From Eledone cirrhosa (Eukaryota), in the NCBI GenBank assembly GCA_964016885.1, contig OZ024749.1, forward strand, positions 51,646,001 to 51,710,000: DNA of 64,000 bases. The letters run 5' to 3'. Within the stretch, counting starts at the first letter, position 1. Each line of letters starts with the position of its first letter. The translations under genes and the position numbers were made by a program. This document shows positions 1 to 14,206 of this stretch, piece after piece. The notes under the pieces are model-generated. The model did not search any database. It had not been told where the DNA came from and saw only the letters and a list, made by a program, of their open reading frames with translations.

Positions 1-396
1 CATAAATATACATATATATATATACACACATACACACACATAAATATACATATATATATATATATACACAGACACACACACACATAAATATACATATATA
101 TATAAGTGAAGGGTAAATCTATACAACCGGAAATATTTTGACAATATTTCGGATATCGAGTGCTTCTGTCTATTAAAATGTTATTTCATTCCGTCAGAAT
201 AAGGTTAATAAACAAAGCAATAGAGATTACCCTTATCTTTTTACAAGTTAAATAAGACAGGAAATATTTTGTGATTTATCTAAAACACATCGTAGTTCTA
301 ACAATGAGATAAATAACGTATAACACAACACTTGTTATTTCCTCTTGAAAATATTTATCTTGTATTCAATTCTACTCCAGAAAAATATAGATATCA

Positions 397-1255
397 TTCT
401 CCGAATTGAGAGATCACAGCTCTGATACTATGGACATGTGGTTAGAATGTCTCAAGAAAGAATCGCTGGTCAGATTTGTAGCTCGGAGATCAGAGAGTCA
501 CTCCAGGTAGAGCCACTACTTCGCTACTTCTCCGAATTGAGAGATCATAGCTCTGATACTATGGACATGTGGTTAGAATGTCTCAAGAAAGAATCGCTGG
601 TCAGATTTGTAGCTCGGAGATCAGAGAGTCACTCCAGGTAGAGCCACTACTTCGCTACTTCTCCGAATTGAGAGATCATAGCTCTGATACTATGGACATG
701 TGGTTAGAATGTCTCAAGAAAGAATCGCTGGTCAGATTTGTAGCTCGGAGATCAGAGAGTCACTCCAGGTAGAGCCACTACTTCGCTACTTCTCCGAATT
801 GAGAGATCATAGCTCTGATACTATGGACATGTGGTTAGAATGTCTCAAGAAAGAATCGCTGGTCAGATTTGTAGCTCGGAGATCAGAGAGTCACTCCAGG
901 TAGAGCCACTACTTCGCTACTTCTCCGAATTGAGAGATCATAGCTCTGATACTATGGACATGTGGTTAGAATGTCTCAAGAAAGAATCGCTGGTCAGATT
1001 TGTAGCTCGGAGATCAGAGAGTCACTCCAGGTAGAGCCACTACTTCGCTACTTCTCCGAATTGAGAGATCATAGCTCTGATACTATGGACATGTGGTTAG
1101 AATGTCTCAAGAAAGAATCGCTGGTCAGATTTTTAGCTCGGAGATCAGAGAGTCACTCCAGGTAGAGCTGCTACTTCTCCGATTTGAGAGATCACAACTC
1201 TAATACTATGGGCATGAGGTTAGAATGTCTCGGGAAAGAATCGCTGGACAGATTT
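397..1255 (+). repeat. 131-bp tandem repeat, about 6.5 near-identical units
   Basis: Units start at 397, 528, 659, 790, 921 and 1052. The ORF track shows the same 67-aa peptide every 131 bp. Confidence 0.97.
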
Positions 1256-1456
1256 TCGGGAAAAACCAACCGACAGGAGACCCAGTGGTATACCCCGAGC
1301 AAGATGGTTGAATAACATCCATGTGCTTGGCTGGTCTCGCTTGTGGATCCAGTCGGATCAGTCGGAGACAGTTGCTCTGACACGACCCGCTGGAAAGAGT
1401 GTTTGAGGACTCTACCTAAAAAACCCTCTCAGGAATGAGTGGGCGAAGAAGAAGGA
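397..1456 (+). mobile_element. RTE-clade LINE 3' remnant (RT C-terminal region) containing an internal 131-bp tandem amplification
   Basis: Frame-shifted translation SSEIRESLQVEPLL(L)RIERSQL.YYGHVVRMSQERIA...RRP.G.PR.RW...RWKECLRTLP resembles RTE RT C-termini. It ends in a GAAGAAGAA tail. The same family occurs at 13674-13790 and 43063-43175. Confidence 0.8.
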
Positions 1457-1461
1457 GAATT

Positions 1462-1760
1462 CTTCAGAACATCTGTGGAGGAAGTGTTGTTGTATAGATC
1501 AGGTACATGGACCCTGACACGAGCCCTTGAGAAGAAGCTAAGTGGTGCATACGTTAAAACTAAAAGGCTTAGGGTTGTACGAAATATAAACTGGCGTCAA
1601 TGTATTACAGATGAAAGTTTATACGGAAACTTGCCCAAGATAACAACTACAATTGCTCAAAGACGGTTACGATTTGCAGGACATTGTTGGAGAAGTAAAT
1701 AGGAAGTTATACACAAGCTACTATTGTCGGAACCAACTCACAGGAGGCGCAGTAGACAAA
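1462..1760 (+). mobile_element. RTE/RTE-X-like LINE RT C-terminal fragment, degenerate
   Basis: FRTSVEEVLLYRSGTWTLT...LYGNLPKITTTIAQRRLRFAGHCWRS, homologous to the peptide at 55963-56388. Confidence 0.8.
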
Positions 1761-1962
1761 CCGGTAAAAGCATTACCGTGGAGAATGTCTAGAGAAACCC
1801 GCTACAACAGCCAGCCCCACCCCACGGAGATCCCACCTTATGTGGACCGCCCTCTTTCCGACTTTACGGAGGAAATCAGCAGTGCGGGGACCAAAGACGC
1901 CAGATATCTCAACGGAGACTGCCTATATGTAGTGCTTTTTTCTACCTATTAGTTTTACTTGA

Positions 1963-2087
1963 TTCCGCCAGACTAGGGTTAATAAACAAATAGAGATCTC
2001 TCTTACCTTTCTACAAGTTAAGACAGTCAGGGAATGTTTAGTGATTTATCTAAATAACATCGCAGATGCAGTGATGAGATAAATAAC
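1963..2087 (+). repeat. Diverged interspersed repeat; second copy at about 189-318
   Basis: Colinear shared blocks ttccg.caga.ta.ggttaataaacaaa, tacaagttaa, gtgatttatctaaa and atgagataaataac. Confidence 0.65.
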
Positions 2088-3307
2088 AGATAGAGTTTCT
2101 TCTGAGATTTTCTAACATTATAAAACCGAAATCATATTTTAAAGTCGTTGTATATTTTACTGCAATCTAACTATCGGTTTACAGAACATCACAGTAAATG
2201 TAATTTAGAAAAACGACAATATATATCGATTTCATCTTAACTAGGAACACATTTTTAATTGAGAGAAGATGAAAAATTGTGATAATCATGCCTTTCCACA
2301 GGGGTATTAATTAGCAGAATGATTGAAGTGAAATTAGTCCGACCGGAAATTGAACTAAGGCGATTAATGGCGTCAAAAGATTGTCTTTGTTTTACGACAC
2401 ACCTGACAACACTAATTTCTTTGTTCATAGACAAGAACGGAGATTTAAAGGAAAAGGAAATGAAGTTGTGTAATTTTTATCACTTTCCCAAAAGCCATAA
2501 CATTGATAGTAAAATTTTCTGTGGTACGAAAATGCAGCGGTGTATCGGCGTATTTTCGTATCATACGCCAATTCGATTCTGAGGAAAATAACTGACGACA
2601 CTTTGTGGTATATAAGCCAAATTCCCTTGGGCCCTCTTTCTCAGACTCAACAACAGACTTTGGGATGTAGCAGTACTGGCCCCTTTCGTCCGACTGCTGC
2701 CGCCATACCAAGTAGATTTGTGGAAACGTCAGACGTCAACACAATGTCTTTAGTCTATCTCATCTTCACATTACATTCCCCCCCCCCCCCCCCGGTCTCC
2801 CCCCCCCTCTCTCTCTAATACACCTTGCTTAGAAATTCCATTACATCTAAATACACGTACACCTCAAGAAAATGCTCTCCTCTATGAGTTCTTATATTTT
2901 ACCAAAGTGCTAATGAAAATATACTAGTTATTTCTAGTTGTTTATAAGTTTTGCATATTACTATTTGTCTTGTTGTTTGTCAAATGGTTTCGTCGAGTTC
3001 CATGGCAAGAATTAAATATATATAACCAGCATTTTTATTTCTTTGCTGCTCTGTACCGATGCAGCTGGCAAATCGCTTTCCCCACATCAATCTCACATCC
3101 CCAACATAGGTCACTTCAACCACATACACTCTTCATAAAAGCGTATAAGAAATGGACTGGATATCGAAACCAGCTTTTGAAATCATCTCGTAAAAAAGTT
3201 CATCTCGTTCCGTACTATAGCTCAGGGCATAATCGAATATTGATTACCTTTGACATGCCAGAAAGGTCTCATATTCAACTTAACGAAAAGAGAGTTGTCA
3301 AGGCTAC

Positions 3308-3690
3308 AGCGACGACGACGACGTAGTTGGTGGTGGTGGTGATGGTAGATGGTGGTAGTGGTGGTGGTGCTGGTAGTGGTAGGTGGTGATGGTAGTGGTG
3401 GTGTTAGTGGTGATAGTAGTGGTGGGGATAGTAGTGGTGGTGGTAGTGGTGATGGTAGTGGTAGTGCTGATGGTAGTGGTGGGGATGGTAGTGGTGGTGT
3501 TAGTAGTAGTGGTGGTGGTGGTAGATGGTGGTAGTGGCGGTGATGGTAGTGGTAGTGGTGGTGGTGTTAGTGGTGGTGATAGTAGTGGTAGTGGTGTTAG
3601 TGTAGTAGTGGTGATGGTGGTGGCCATCGTCGTCATTATAATTATAATGGTGATGATAATGATGATGACGACGATGATGATGTTGATGTG
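3308..3690. repeat. Compound (GGT/AGT/GAT)n trinucleotide tract
   Basis: Visible directly in the sequence. Confidence 0.95.
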
Positions 3691-4282
3691 GTCAGATTTA
3701 TGAGAACTGCTCCTAGTTTTTCTGTTGATTAAAAACAAACAAACAAAATGAAAAGAGAAGTTTTGTAAATCGACAATGTGTCATTGGTATATATATTGTA
3801 AGAATGATGTTGAAGCTGGCAGGGTTATAAAAGGTACCGAGAGAGTCTATGGTGATAGTTGATGTAATGTCCAGGCTATGGAAAAAAACACGTTACTGGC
3901 TGTCAACAAGGAGAAATATATATAAATATATACATTATATTGCGATCTCTAAAGAATTTTGATAAACAATGACAAAGTGTAGCAATGTATAGAAATGAAA
4001 GAAAACAGCAAAACAACAACAACAACAACAACAGCAACAACAACAACAACAACAGCAACAACAACAACAACAGCAACAATAATAATAATAATAATAATAA
4101 TAACAACAACAACAGCAACAACAAACTCTTTGGTGTTGTATGCAACATTTATTGCGAAAGGAAATAGCAAGATAAATGTAACCGCATTTAGACATGTGAA
4201 TAAGTGTGTGTGTGTGTGTGTATAGGGATGATTGTGTATCTGTGTGTGTATATATAAATATATATATATAAATAGGGGTGAT

Positions 4283-4329
<47 letters not shown>

Positions 4330-4391
4330 GTACATACACAGGGCTGATTGTGTTTGTGCCTGTGTATGAGTAGAATTAGTGTTGGTGTAGC

Positions 4392-4445
<54 letters not shown>

Positions 4446-4883
4446 AGACACACATATTGATGTGAAACAAAAACTAAAGCTTTAGAAATAAGATTAAATA
4501 TGATGACATCTTAATAAATATATCTTGAGCTTTTCTTTAACCTCACTCAATTTTCTTGCTCTCTATTTATGCTATGAAAATAAAGGCAATTTTCATATTC
4601 AAATTTGCATCACATTCTCGTCAGAATATCTTTAACTTACAAATAAATCTTGTCTGTTGTTGTTCAGCTGAAGCTCGAAGGAAGTTAAATGTTTCTTTTT
4701 TCGTTCGCTCTTCACAAACTTTTCATAAAACCTAACCTTTTTTAAGCATTTTTCTTTGTCTTTAAAGAGAGTTAGACACCATTTTTCTTCTTTTGTTATT
4801 TCGGTTTCATTTTTTAGGATTTTTCTTCACTCTACGCTCTTTATATTTATCATGGATATATATATATATACACACACACACAA

Positions 4884-5002
<119 letters not shown>

Positions 5003-5309
5003 ATGTATGTATCTATCTACATTCATACATACAATATATGCACCAACTTTGATATTAGATTAACAGTAGGTGGGGTTAGAGTTCTTAAACTCTAGTACCT
5101 ATCATTTCAAAGCAGAATTTCAGCAAGTTTAGTTTCCCTTTCATTTCTACAATCGATTCAGATAGCGATTTTCCTTATTCCTTTATTTACTTATCTCTAC
5201 AACATCTCACACCAAGATCAGCCATTTTCGTATCTGGGGAAAAAAAAATATGGTTCTATTTAGAATTCATTTTATTTCTGAACTGTGTCTAGTTCAGAGC
5301 CATTATAAA

Positions 5310-5366
<57 letters not shown>

Positions 5367-5478
5367 GTATTTTGCAATACACTTTATGCTTAATTAAAAG
5401 AATTTTGAAGACCGTATGCTATTGTTTTAGAGTAGTGACAAACTCACTTACTTTAATCTCAGCAAACAAGGGGAGATA

Positions 5479-5523
5479 AGCCGACAAGGCCTTGTTTCGC
5501 ATTTATTGATGCTTATTAAGGCT
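5479..5523 (-). ncRNA. Degenerate type I hammerhead ribozyme (Penelope type) in a (TA)n-flanked insert spanning about 5365-5870
   Basis: Minus strand reads agcc-TTAATAA(=CTGATGA with 3 transitions)-gcat caataa atgc-GAAA-caaggccttg-TC-ggct. Stem I extends as gggag/ctccc and atctcag/ctgagat. Confidence 0.7.
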
Positions 5524-5876
5524 AACTACTCCCTCCTGTCTACTGAGATCACTGATGTTATATTCTTATAGAATTCTAGTAAATAATCAGGAACTGATTA
5601 TACAGAGCGGTTGCCGGTCAGGCAGAAATTAAATTTTTAATTTTTAATATGGCAAGGCTAATACATTCTTTAAAAAAGATTAGAAGTGAAGAAAGAGTAG
5701 AGAAAAGATTAGATAAAACTGGAAGTATTAAAGATTTATATATGACTCATTTTATAGAAAGTGAAAATTTGTTTTTGAAATATTTATTAGTCCAACAGCG
5801 TAGTCAAACTTTATTAGGAGCAGTTCATTTAGTTTAAGTTTTATAAAGTTAAAAGAGTGCTAATGTAATATATATG

Positions 5877-6362
<486 letters not shown>

Positions 6363-6468
6363 TCGCGATCAAGCTGGAACTTCGAACTCACTGACATTTA
6401 TATTTCTACCCACAAGTATTGAGTACTAAATGTTTTTAAGTACTGCAATGTCTTAATCACACATTGTA
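6363..6468 (+). mobile_element. (TA)n-flanked 3'-tail fragment of a putative Penelope-like element
   Basis: Flanked by TA tracts. Contains AAGTATTGAGTACT, also found in the HHR-bearing family A tail, about 45 nt before the 3' TA run. Confidence 0.5.
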
Positions 6469-7253
6469 ATATATATATATATAGATATATAATATGAGGA
6501 AAAACAAAACTAACCTCTGTGGGGTTTGAACTCAGAGCGTAAAGAGCCGCAACTCAATTTCAAAAAGCATATTATCCGCCGCTCTACCGCTTACTGCCAA
6601 CCCATCTCCTAAAATGTCTTATAATAATGAAAAAGATAAAAAAATAAAGAGAAGAAAATAACCGATGTTTGGGACATATGAGATTTGGGAGGAAATGAAA
6701 GATTTAAAAGCGAGATTCTTATCAAAAGATTCAAGATGGTAGCCAATTAGTGATTTCTTCTGGTAACAATATCTGCCTAAAGCAATACCTTCGTCGTAAC
6801 AAAATCAATGCTTTCGTAATGTTCACTATGTCAATATAATACTTAAATATAATGATATTTCACAGAATTGCCTTTTTCGTTTCTTATCACGACACATTTT
6901 TATCTTGAACAATGGAAAATGTTCAGCTATTTTAATTCTTGATTTTTTGAAAATTTTAATTATCATATTTGCAGAAAACTTTCGTTTATGAATTCAATCA
7001 ATACCTTAAATATATTTATTTATTTTCAAACAAATTTTCATAACAGTAGAATAAAATTATTGAATTACAAAAAAAAAAAAAAAAACCTTTTGAATCTTTT
7101 GTAAATTTTCCTTAAAAGAAATTAAATTATTATAACTTATAATTTTTTCTTATTTTTGTCAACATCGTCAGCATTTAGACACACACACACACATTTGAAC
7201 GTACATACATATGTACACACGTACATAATTACGTACACACAGACGTACGTACA

Positions 7254-7390
<137 letters not shown>

Positions 7391-8977
7391 CATACACACA
7401 ACTAGATTAAGCAACGGAGCTGAAACTTCGAAATAACTCTTACTTTACTCTTCAGAAAATAGCATCAACACTCTGTTCATATGTATTGGGTACTTACTGA
7501 GTTAATGTTTGAATGTTTAGATACAATGTTCTGACTTTAAACCCCCACAGTGTCTGCTTTCTCTTTTATTACTCTGGGGTCGATAACATTAGGGAAAAAC
7601 CATGTACTGAGGGTTGATTCAATCGGCTAAATGTCTTTACAGATTTATAATTCTATTCCAATGTGAGAAAAAAAAAAAACAGGATTCAAGGTAGAAGCAG
7701 CCGACTGAATAAAGCTTTATTTATTTTCATATTTTTGTATTCTAAGTTAGCTCAGCAAGGTTAGCTCAGCATGTCATCCCAAAAGGAATATATATATATA
7801 TATGAATCAACAATATCATTTTCCGTGAAGTTCATGGCTTTTTTTACCGTCATGCTTTGTTATTATTTTGTTATCAAGGGCAGAGTCGTTAGAGCACCGG
7901 ACAACGAGCTTTGTGGCAACGAGTGTTATGGCCTTTTACACACTGAGTTCAAATTCCGCCATGATTAGCTTCGATTGTCATCCTTACAGGATCGATAAAA
8001 TAAAGTACCAGTAACGCACTGGGGTCGATTTAATCAACTTTACTCTGCTACAAAAGTGTTGGCTTTGTGCCTAACTCAGAGACCATTATTTTGTAGCCAA
8101 CTTCACATTCATCAGATAATATTTTGGACGGAGGAGATAGATATGATCTCAATAAATAGGTCAGTTCTCTATTTTCGCCAATAGGTTTGAAAGTAGCAGA
8201 ACCATTGGTATTTTTTATTGAGTATTCCAAATATACTTAATTGGGGAGCCATTTTGTTATGCGAATTTATATATATATATTCATTATATTATAGTATATA
8301 TACTTGGCGGAGGTGGGGGGGGGGGCATGCTGCCATTACAAAAACAATATATATATATATATATACATATATTTTACCTACTGATATTGTTCCTGTAGCT
8401 GTCTTCTATATCATGTTCTTTATTGTGTTTTAAGTGCTTACTTTATATTTCCAGTAAATAAGGGAACCTCATTATTTTGCCAATACAAACATATACACGC
8501 ACACACTCACATAATCTCACACACAAATACAAATACGTGTCCACGTTTCGTGCACGTTGGTTTTTATTCAATGTTTTATAAATCAATAAAAAAAAATGAA
8601 TTTATCGAAGAATTATAATCTTTACTAGACGAACTATCTAAAGTTTATTCTGAATTCTGTTTTGTCCGGCATTCCTCAATAAAAATATGGAAGTGTTGAT
8701 GTTTCAGTTTATATTTACAATAGTTTCCTACAAGGAATTTTTCGATGTTTATATAAGCTGGAAATTCTCTTCATAATTTGTCTCATGTCTGTTTTGTTGA
8801 GTGCAAAATATCCATTGATAATTTGAATGCCTTTGTTATTTTGCTCGTGGAGCTCAGCCGTAACACCATTCTGATTTAGGTGAAGAATCTGTCACCCTCT
8901 TCTCTTCTCCCTTCTTTCGTTGCTTTACAATCCCCACCCTTTTCCTCCTCATTTTCTTCTCAGTTAAGCAGGAACAG

Positions 8978-9020
8978 AGTCTTAACATTTCGGGCGCTAG
9001 TCCTTCATCAGAAAAAAGAA
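8978..9020 (-). ncRNA. Minimal hammerhead ribozyme relic (Penelope type)
   Basis: Minus strand reads CTGATGA-aggactagcgccc-GAAA-tgt-TA-agac. Stem I pairing is weak. Confidence 0.55.
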
Positions 9021-9290
9021 TGAGAAATTAGAAAGATTGAAGGGATGGGCAGTGCGGAATCGGAAAAAAATAGTTTTAGAGAGAAAAAAAAAAAATTATA
9101 TATATATATATATATATATACGTGGTCGATAAAATAAAGTACCAGTCAAGTACTCGGGTCGATATAATTGACTTTTCCCTTCCCCTAAATTGCTGACTTT
9201 GTCCCCAAATCAGAAACCATTATAAAGTGAGTGCTGAATTGGAAGAGTCGTTAGAGCGTCGGAAAAATTGGTTAACAGTGATCATTTCGG

Positions 9291-9333
<43 letters not shown>

Positions 9334-10212
9334 ACATTATTGAAACGCATTTGGCAGTATCGGTAGAGGGTCGGACACCATGCTTTGCAACACAGAGTTA
9401 CGGCCCTTTACGGGTTGAGTTCAAATCCCGCCGAGGTTAACTTTGCCTTTCATCCTTACGGGGTCGATAAAATAAAGTACCAGTAATGCACTGGGATAAT
9501 TGCTGGCCTTGTGCCAAAAGTAGAATCCGTTATTTGTTTGTATACGGTATACTTCAAATCGTTACGATGTCAACATTGCCTTTCATTTTCCAGGATCGAT
9601 AAAATAAGCTACCAGTTAAGGATTGATATAATCGGCTTTTGCCTCTCCCTAAATTGCTGGCCTTGTGCCTAAATTAAAATCAGTTATCACACAGTAAGGG
9701 AGGTTTTATATTTTTCGTTAGAAAACACGAATGTTTCAGCCATCTTTTCTTGTTCTCATTCTGCAAGTAGTTTCGTTCAGTAATCGAAAATGTCAATACA
9801 ACAATTGTAAGCAAAATATTTCTCTTCATCTTCACAACAACATTTTTGATAGGTTTTCAATGAAAACATCAATATAGTATTTATGTAGTCCTTAACATAC
9901 TGAATACGGGGCTCAGTTTGACCTGGCTAACATAACCATTTTCTGTAGCCAAGATAAGACCTGATGTCAGGTTATTTATCGTTCTCCTGATAAATAATTG
10001 TTTCTACTTTAGGCACAAGGCCAGCAATTACCCAGTGCATTACTGGTACTTTATTTTATCGACCCCGTAAGGCAAAGTTAACCTCGGCGGGATTTGAACT
10101 CAGAATGGAAAGGGCCGTAACTCTATGCATGGTGTCCGACCCTCTACCGTTACTGCCAATCCACCGCATAATTAATAATAATAATAATAATAATAAGAAG
10201 AAGAAGAAAAGA

Positions 10213-10520
10213 AAAACTACTACAACGATCTCAAATATGAAGTTCTGAAAGTATGGAGTAAATCAGGTAATATCGGTACCAATAATTATAGGCGCCGTGA
10301 GGTGTGTAACAGACTATCTTACAGACAAGTATCAACAAATTGGATTTGATCTTGGTATAGAGGCTGTAGAAGAAGCATACCTACTTGGTTCTACCAGAAT
10401 AATTAGAAATGTGAGGGATACCACCTAGAAGAGTAAAAAGCAAATGTTATCATCTTAAGCTTCGAGATGAAGCCTGATGATAAAAAGAAAAATACTGTTA
10501 ACACATCAACACTGTGTAAT
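10213..10520 (+). mobile_element. Dong/R4-clade LINE 3' end (RLE endonuclease C-terminus), degenerate
   Basis: YNDLKYEVLKVW / VPIIIGAVRCV...IG...AYLLGSTRIIRNV, stop at 10426-10428. It lies next to a (TAA)n/(GAA)n tract; Dong elements are known to target TAA repeats. Confidence 0.75.
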
Positions 10521-12459
10521 GATGAAGATAACATTTAATAATGGTTTCTAGTATAGGCACAAGGCCAATAATTTGGGGGAAGGGGAAAGTCGATCAAATC
10601 GACCCCAGTGCGTTACTGGTACTTTATTTTATCGACCGCGTAAAGATGAAAGGCAAAGTTAACCTCGGCGAGATTTGAACTCAGAACGCAAAGGGCCGTA
10701 ACTCCATGCTGCAAAGCATAGCGTCCGACCCTCTACCGATACTGCCAAACCATAATAATAACAACAACAACTAAAGTTGAAACTAGACGTCCCGCTTATT
10801 CAATTTGGAATTTAACGAAAAACCGCTGGGATTAGATCTTTTAGTCAATAGTGTTTGGCATATTGGGAATGGAATGGACAAGAACAGGAAATCCAATTAA
10901 ACCTCCTGTTGATGTTTGAAATAACTGGGGATTATGTCATCATTACCGTTATTGTCCTCTGAACAAACAATCTGAATCAAAGAGGTTTGGCAGCGGATAC
11001 TATTTCTACACGTTCTCTTAGAATTTCTCAGTTTTTACAATTTACATACAAATTTGAAGAACATAGAAATTATTGCTACCATTATTAGAAAAGGAGAAGG
11101 CGGTGGATTGGTAGCAATCCCGCCGGGGTTAGCTTCACCTTTCATCCTTACGAAGACGATAAAATAAAGTACCAGTGATGCACTGGGGCGATTTAGTCAC
11201 CTTTCCCCCTCCCCTCCAAATTGCTGGCTTTGTGCCTAAAGTAGAAACAATTATTTATTCGAAGAAAAGAGCATTGGATTGTCAGTAATCGGTAGAGCGT
11301 TGGATAATATGCTTTGTCGCATAGTGTTATTGCCCTTCACGATCTGTGTTCAAATCCCGCTGAGGTTGTCTTTGCTTTTCATCCTTACGGGGTCGATAAA
11401 ATAAGCACAGCAGATTTCTACCAGAGAAGGATAGAAAGTGATAGAGAAGAAATGAGAAAGATATATAGAGGAAGAATCTACCCCAGTACTAGACTGGTAC
11501 TTTTTTTAAATCGAACTCGAAAGGCTGGCAGGCAAAGTTGACCTCGGTGGGATTTAAACTCAGAGAGCAGAGAGCCGTAACGAATATTGCAAAGCAATCT
11601 ATCCAGCGTTATAGCGACTCTGTAAATTCGCCGCCTACATTCTAAATATATTCACAACTTAATCAAATTTTCAGATTGCTAATTTCCTAACTTTTGAGTT
11701 AACTTCAGATTCAGAACTTTAGATTAAAAAAAAAAAATCGATTCTTTTCAAATATATCAATTATCGAACACAAATCATTATTTGCATTTCTCTGTTCAAT
11801 TTTCCGCTGAGCGTGAAAATATTATCCTTCTTTCACAAAGGTGGACAGACACATATTAGCTCTCTCACTCTCTCTCTCTATATATATATATCTATCTATC
11901 TCTCTTTCTCTCTCTCTATCTCTCTCTCTCTCTGGTGCTACGAGGTAGAGAGGGAGAGGAGAGCAACAGAGAGGCACTGGGACATAAAATGAAAGTGTGC
12001 GTGTGAAAGAAAAAGAATGAAATAGCGACAGAGAGAGTCAGAGAGATAGATAGATAGATAGAGAGTTGGGAAGCAGAGAAAGAGACTTTAATATTTAAAC
12101 TATTAAAAATTAGTATTATTTATTCGAATTGTAGATGACATTGACTTTAATATCTCATAAGTCAACGTACTTTTGAAATGATTGTATTACATTAACTTAA
12201 ATTTGGAATCAAACTTCCTCAAAAGTGAAAGTTAATTGAAGACAAAGAAGAAGCAGATTTATAATGAGACAATACTTATTACATAACTAGTATAGAACAA
12301 TAACAAACATACAAACAAATAATTGTTTTTACATTTGGCACAAGGCCAGCAATTATCCCAGTGTATTACTGGTACTTTATTTTATCGACCCCGTAAGGAT
12401 GAAAGGCAAAGTTAACTTCGGCGGGATTTGAACTGAGACCGTATACAAACAAATAATGT

Positions 12460-12496
12460 TCTCTTTCTCTCCTCTCTCGCTCTCTCTTGCGCTCTT

Positions 12497-12531
<35 letters not shown>

Positions 12532-12543
12532 CTCTCTCTCTCG

Positions 12544-12632
<89 letters not shown>

Positions 12633-12840
12633 GCTCTTTCTCTTTCTCTCTCTCGCACTCGATTTTTCTCTATCGCGCCCGCTTTCTCTCTCTCTCTTGC
12701 GCTCTTTCTTTCTCTCTCTTGCGCTCTTTCTCTCTCTCTCTCTCTTGCGCTCTTTCTCTTTCTTTCTTGCGCTCTTTCTCTCTCTCTCTTGCGCTCTTTC
12801 TCTCTCACTCCCCTCGCTTTTTTCTCTCTCTCTCTCTCTA
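12460..12840. repeat. (CT)n-rich compound microsatellite
   Basis: Visible directly in the sequence. Confidence 0.95.
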
Positions 12841-13673
12841 CCTATTTACTCCGGAGAGAACATATATTTATGACAGGTGACATTCAGAGGATAGCTAAGT
12901 ATCAAGTCTGGACAGTGAGGTAAAGTACTGCATAAAGAATGAAGTAATGAAACTGTTGGTGACTCGATTATTTCACATTTACATGTCAATATATTTTATA
13001 TATAACACTAGAGAGAATAATAAACCATCACATCAACGAAAAAAACAAAAATGATATAAAAGCAGATATATATTTACGCAGTTATAAATTTAATTTATAA
13101 AAACAAACCCCTAATAATTTAGAATGAAAAAAAAACTCCACAAAACAGAACAGTTTTTCAAAATAAACAACCAAATTAAAACATTAAAAATAGTTTTATT
13201 TCTTTAGTAACTGTTGCTAAGAACATTATTACATCTTCATAATGTTTGACATGATGTAATTAACAAGGCTGGTTGAGATTAAAGAAACGTAGACAAACCA
13301 AAGCACTTGATATCCTTTCTAAGCGTACTTCATATTGAGCAATGAAATAAAGTCGTTATTGAACCGGAAGTTTTGCTGGTTGCTCGGAGAAGATACGTTG
13401 TTTGAACTTAAAGCTATTTTGACAGTTGACCAGGAACACTCTGTCACTTTTCTAGTGACTGGCCTGTATACAGTTTCCGATTAACCGCTTCACATGTTCT
13501 CTGTTCTTGATATCTGTCTTATAAATTTAACGATATCATAACATGACAATGTATTATTACTATGGCAATATAACCGAGAGAAATTAAGTGTTACAAAAAC
13601 GATATCATCATTTTGATGCCTTGTTTTTTATTTAAACATTTTATCATGTCTGTTAAATTTACCCAACACGAAA

Positions 13674-13790
13674 GCGGCCGAAATAGGGTTCCTCCAAAGG
13701 GTCTTTGGAGTAACGTTACTCGATAGAGTGCGTAGCTCGGAGATCAGAGTGTCACTCCAGGTAGAGTCGCTACTTCTCCGAATTGAGAGA
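13674..13790 (+). mobile_element. RTE LINE fragment, same family as 397-1456
   Basis: AAEIGFLQRVFGVTLLDRVRSSEIRVSLQVESLLLRIER, with DNA identity to the 131-bp unit. Confidence 0.8.
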
Positions 13791-13841
13791 CTCACTCACT
13801 TTCTCTCTCTCTCTCTCTCTCTCTCAATACCCACCCACACC

Positions 13842-13902
<61 letters not shown>

Positions 13903-13981
13903 CAAGCACGGAACTAATAAAACTTTGTGTAATTTTATCTCTGTCTTTTTTTATCTTGAACTATATATATATATATATATA

Positions 13982-14164
13982 GGTTTATCCCGGGTTCAAT
14001 CGGGGGTAACCACAGTAAGTAAGGTACTCAATACATAGCAGAGTATAAATATATAATAAAGAAATGGCTTCTACAGGACTAGAACTGTTGATTCGGGAGA
14101 AATCATCAGGGCTTTCCTGATGATTTCTTCCGAATTAAACAGTTCTAGTCCCGCAGAAGCCATT

Positions 14165-14173
<9 letters not shown>
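13982..14173 (-). mobile_element. Family B HHR fold-back insert in (TA)n; diverged palindrome about 14053-14173
   Basis: Arms surround the gcttt loop at 14111-14115. The + arm reads ggcttt-c-CTGATGA-tttcttccgaat-(t)AAA-cag...gaagcc, i.e. a whole HHR with mutations. The tail matches 31080-31151 and 59110-59184. Confidence 0.8.

Positions 14174-14206
<33 letters not shown>

Larger units (their letters stand above)
7877..12442. mobile_element. Cluster of about 10 tRNA-derived SINE copies (Meta/Nin-type central domain) on both strands, e.g. 7877-8090+, 9351-9533+, 9994-10170-, 10538-10752-, 11098-11255+, 11480-11636-, 12320-12442-
   Basis: A-box-like TGGCAGTATCGGTAG, B box GAGTTCAAATCCCG, conserved core GCCTTTCATCCTTACGGGGTCGATAAAATAAAGTACCAG, and tail GGCCTTGTGCC.AAAGTAGAAACAATTATT. 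Confidence 0.9.

Noticed and set aside
2319-3326. Short non-repetitive ORFs as host exons
   Set aside because: No recognisable domain, codon bias or consistent splice pattern. Small exons cannot be excluded without RNA-seq.
9351-9435. tRNA genes at A/B-box matches
   Set aside because: These are SINE heads that continue into the SINE core; no acceptor stem or cloverleaf.
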